From Bacteroidales bacterium UBA6851 (GTDB lineage Bacteria > Bacteroidota > Bacteroidia > Bacteroidales > UBA932), in the NCBI GenBank assembly GCA_002451795.1, contig DKDJ01000002.1:16768-80767 (forward strand): a stretch of DNA of 64,000 bases. The letters run 5' to 3'. Below are positions 62,977-64,000 of this stretch, in pieces. Below the pieces are notes generated by a model. That model was not told the DNA's origin. It did not search any database and was given only the letters and a program-made list of their open reading frames with translations. Position numbers and translations under genes: made by a program. Within the stretch, counting starts at the first letter, position 1, and every line of letters begins with the position of its first letter.

Positions 62977-63891
62977 TTATACTATACCTGTTATTTCTGA
63001 TAGACTTTCTATTCCAAGACTCTCCATGAGTGCCGGAAGCGCCTCTACTATCTCTTTGCAGACAAATGGATTACGGATATTTTCCGCGCCTATCTGCACT
63101 GCACTTGCTCCTGCCATCATCATCTCCACCACATCTTCTGCTGAGGCTACTCCGCCGCACCCCATAATGGGGATACTGCAAGCCTTGCTCACTTGATTGA
63201 CCATTCTCACTGCGATAGGGAAGATCGCCCTTCCAGAGAATCCTCCTGCGCCGGCAGCAACTATCGGACGGCGTCGCCTTATGTCTATTCGCATTCCCAG
63301 AAAGGTGTTTACAAGCGTAAGTCCGTCTGCTCCAGCATCTTCACATGCTCTGGCTATGCTCACTATGTCAGTGACATTGGGACTTAATTTAATGAATACC
63401 GGCTTCTTGCAGACTTTTCTTGCCACTGAAGTTACCTGCGAAGCGGCCTCTGGGCTCGTTCCGAAAGCCATTCCACCATTGTGTACGTTGGGGCAGGATA
63501 TGTTGACTTCTATCACGTCTATTCCGGTGCAGGCGTCAGCTTTGGCACAGCACTCCCCATATTCATCGAGGCTGAATCCGCTGATATTGGCGATTACGGT
63601 GCCGGAATATACCTTTCTCAGTGCCGGGACTTTTTCCTTTACGAGAGCGTCTATTCCTGGGTTCTGCAATCCTACTGAATTGATCATTCCACCAGTGCAT
63701 TCTGCTATTCGCGGAGTAGGATTTCCGAAACGCTCTTTCCCTGTGGTGCCCTTGAGACTGATGCCACCAAGTACATTGAGGTCAAAACTGTCCGCGAGTT
63801 CCGTGCCGAATCCGAATGTGCCACTTGCTGGGATAATCGGATTGGAAAGCCTGATGCCTCCGAGCATAACCTGTAGATTCCTATTTACCAT
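62977..63891 (-). CDS. pyrD: Dihydroorotate dehydrogenase (family 1B) catalytic subunit
   Basis: ASGTFG, GNPTPR, NISCPNV, KLSPNV; true start MVNRNL at 63891. Confidence 0.95.
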   Translation of the reverse strand: MVNRNLQVMLGGIRLSNPIIPASGTFGFGTELADSFDLNVLGGISLKGTTGKERFGNPTPRIAECTGGMINSVGLQNPGIDALVKEKVPALRKVYSGTVIANISGFSLDEYGECCAKADACTGIDVIEVNISCPNVHNGGMAFGTSPEAASQVTSVARKVCKKPVFIKLSPNVTDIVSIARACEDAGADGLTLVNTFLGMRIDIRRRRPIVAAGAGGFSGRAIFPIAVRMVNQVSKACSIPIMGCGGVASAEDVVEMMMAGASAVQIGAENIRNPFVCKEIVEALPALMESLGIESLSEITGIV

Positions 63892-64000
63892 ACTATCTCC
63901 TCCTTCTTGAAAACAGGTCCGTCCTGACAGATTCTTTTGGCTCCCACGGTGGTGTGGCAACTGCATCCATAGCAGAACCCGGCGCCGCACCCCATCCTTT
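63885..64000 (-). CDS. pyrK: Dihydroorotate dehydrogenase electron-transfer subunit, 3' end (truncated by window edge)
   Basis: Reads [37 protein letters not shown], the PyrK 2Fe-2S motif; overlaps the pyrD start. Confidence 0.92.
   Translation of the reverse strand, partial: RMGCGAGFCYGCSCHTTVGAKRICQDGPVFKKEEIVW

Noticed and set aside
63892..63990. N-terminal extension of PyrD
   Set aside because: This region encodes the PyrK C-terminus in another frame

Overview
Chromosomal segment of a gut Bacteroidales bacterium, judged from recurrent TAnnTTTG -7 promoter motifs, many lipoproteins, the NQR operon and CAZymes. Left to right it holds: the end of an AT-richer hipBA-type toxin-antitoxin module abutting the 3' end of tRNA-Asp; a wza-like/wzz/uvrA/glycosyltransferase run; nqrABCDEF; uvrD/pcrA; a thioesterase, Nif3 and an S9 peptidase; pckA; lemA and a DUF2207-like gene; recG; two tRNA-Lys; an outer-membrane receptor; a LytTR regulator; secA-bactofilin-epimerase-purT; and GH9. 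These are followed by a five-gene type V (Fim/Mfa-like) pilus locus, a DUF1593-GH127/146-GH43 cluster, and fprA with a Firmicutes-style pyrKDFEB operon. The most interesting item is the pilus locus at 45.4-52.8 kb. Its first gene is broken by a G10 tract in the signal-peptide coding region (G9 or G12 restores a ~428-aa ORF), which is a candidate phase-variation switch currently OFF. Its large pilin has an AT-rich, internally duplicated C-terminal cassette, and a GC hairpin plus a 112-nt C-free purine tract sits mid-operon. Also notable are a PyrB fused only to the PyrI zinc domain and a perfect 26-bp palindrome at the island edge. No CRISPR array, rRNA, transposase or integrase is visible. Family assignments come from motif recognition, not database searches.
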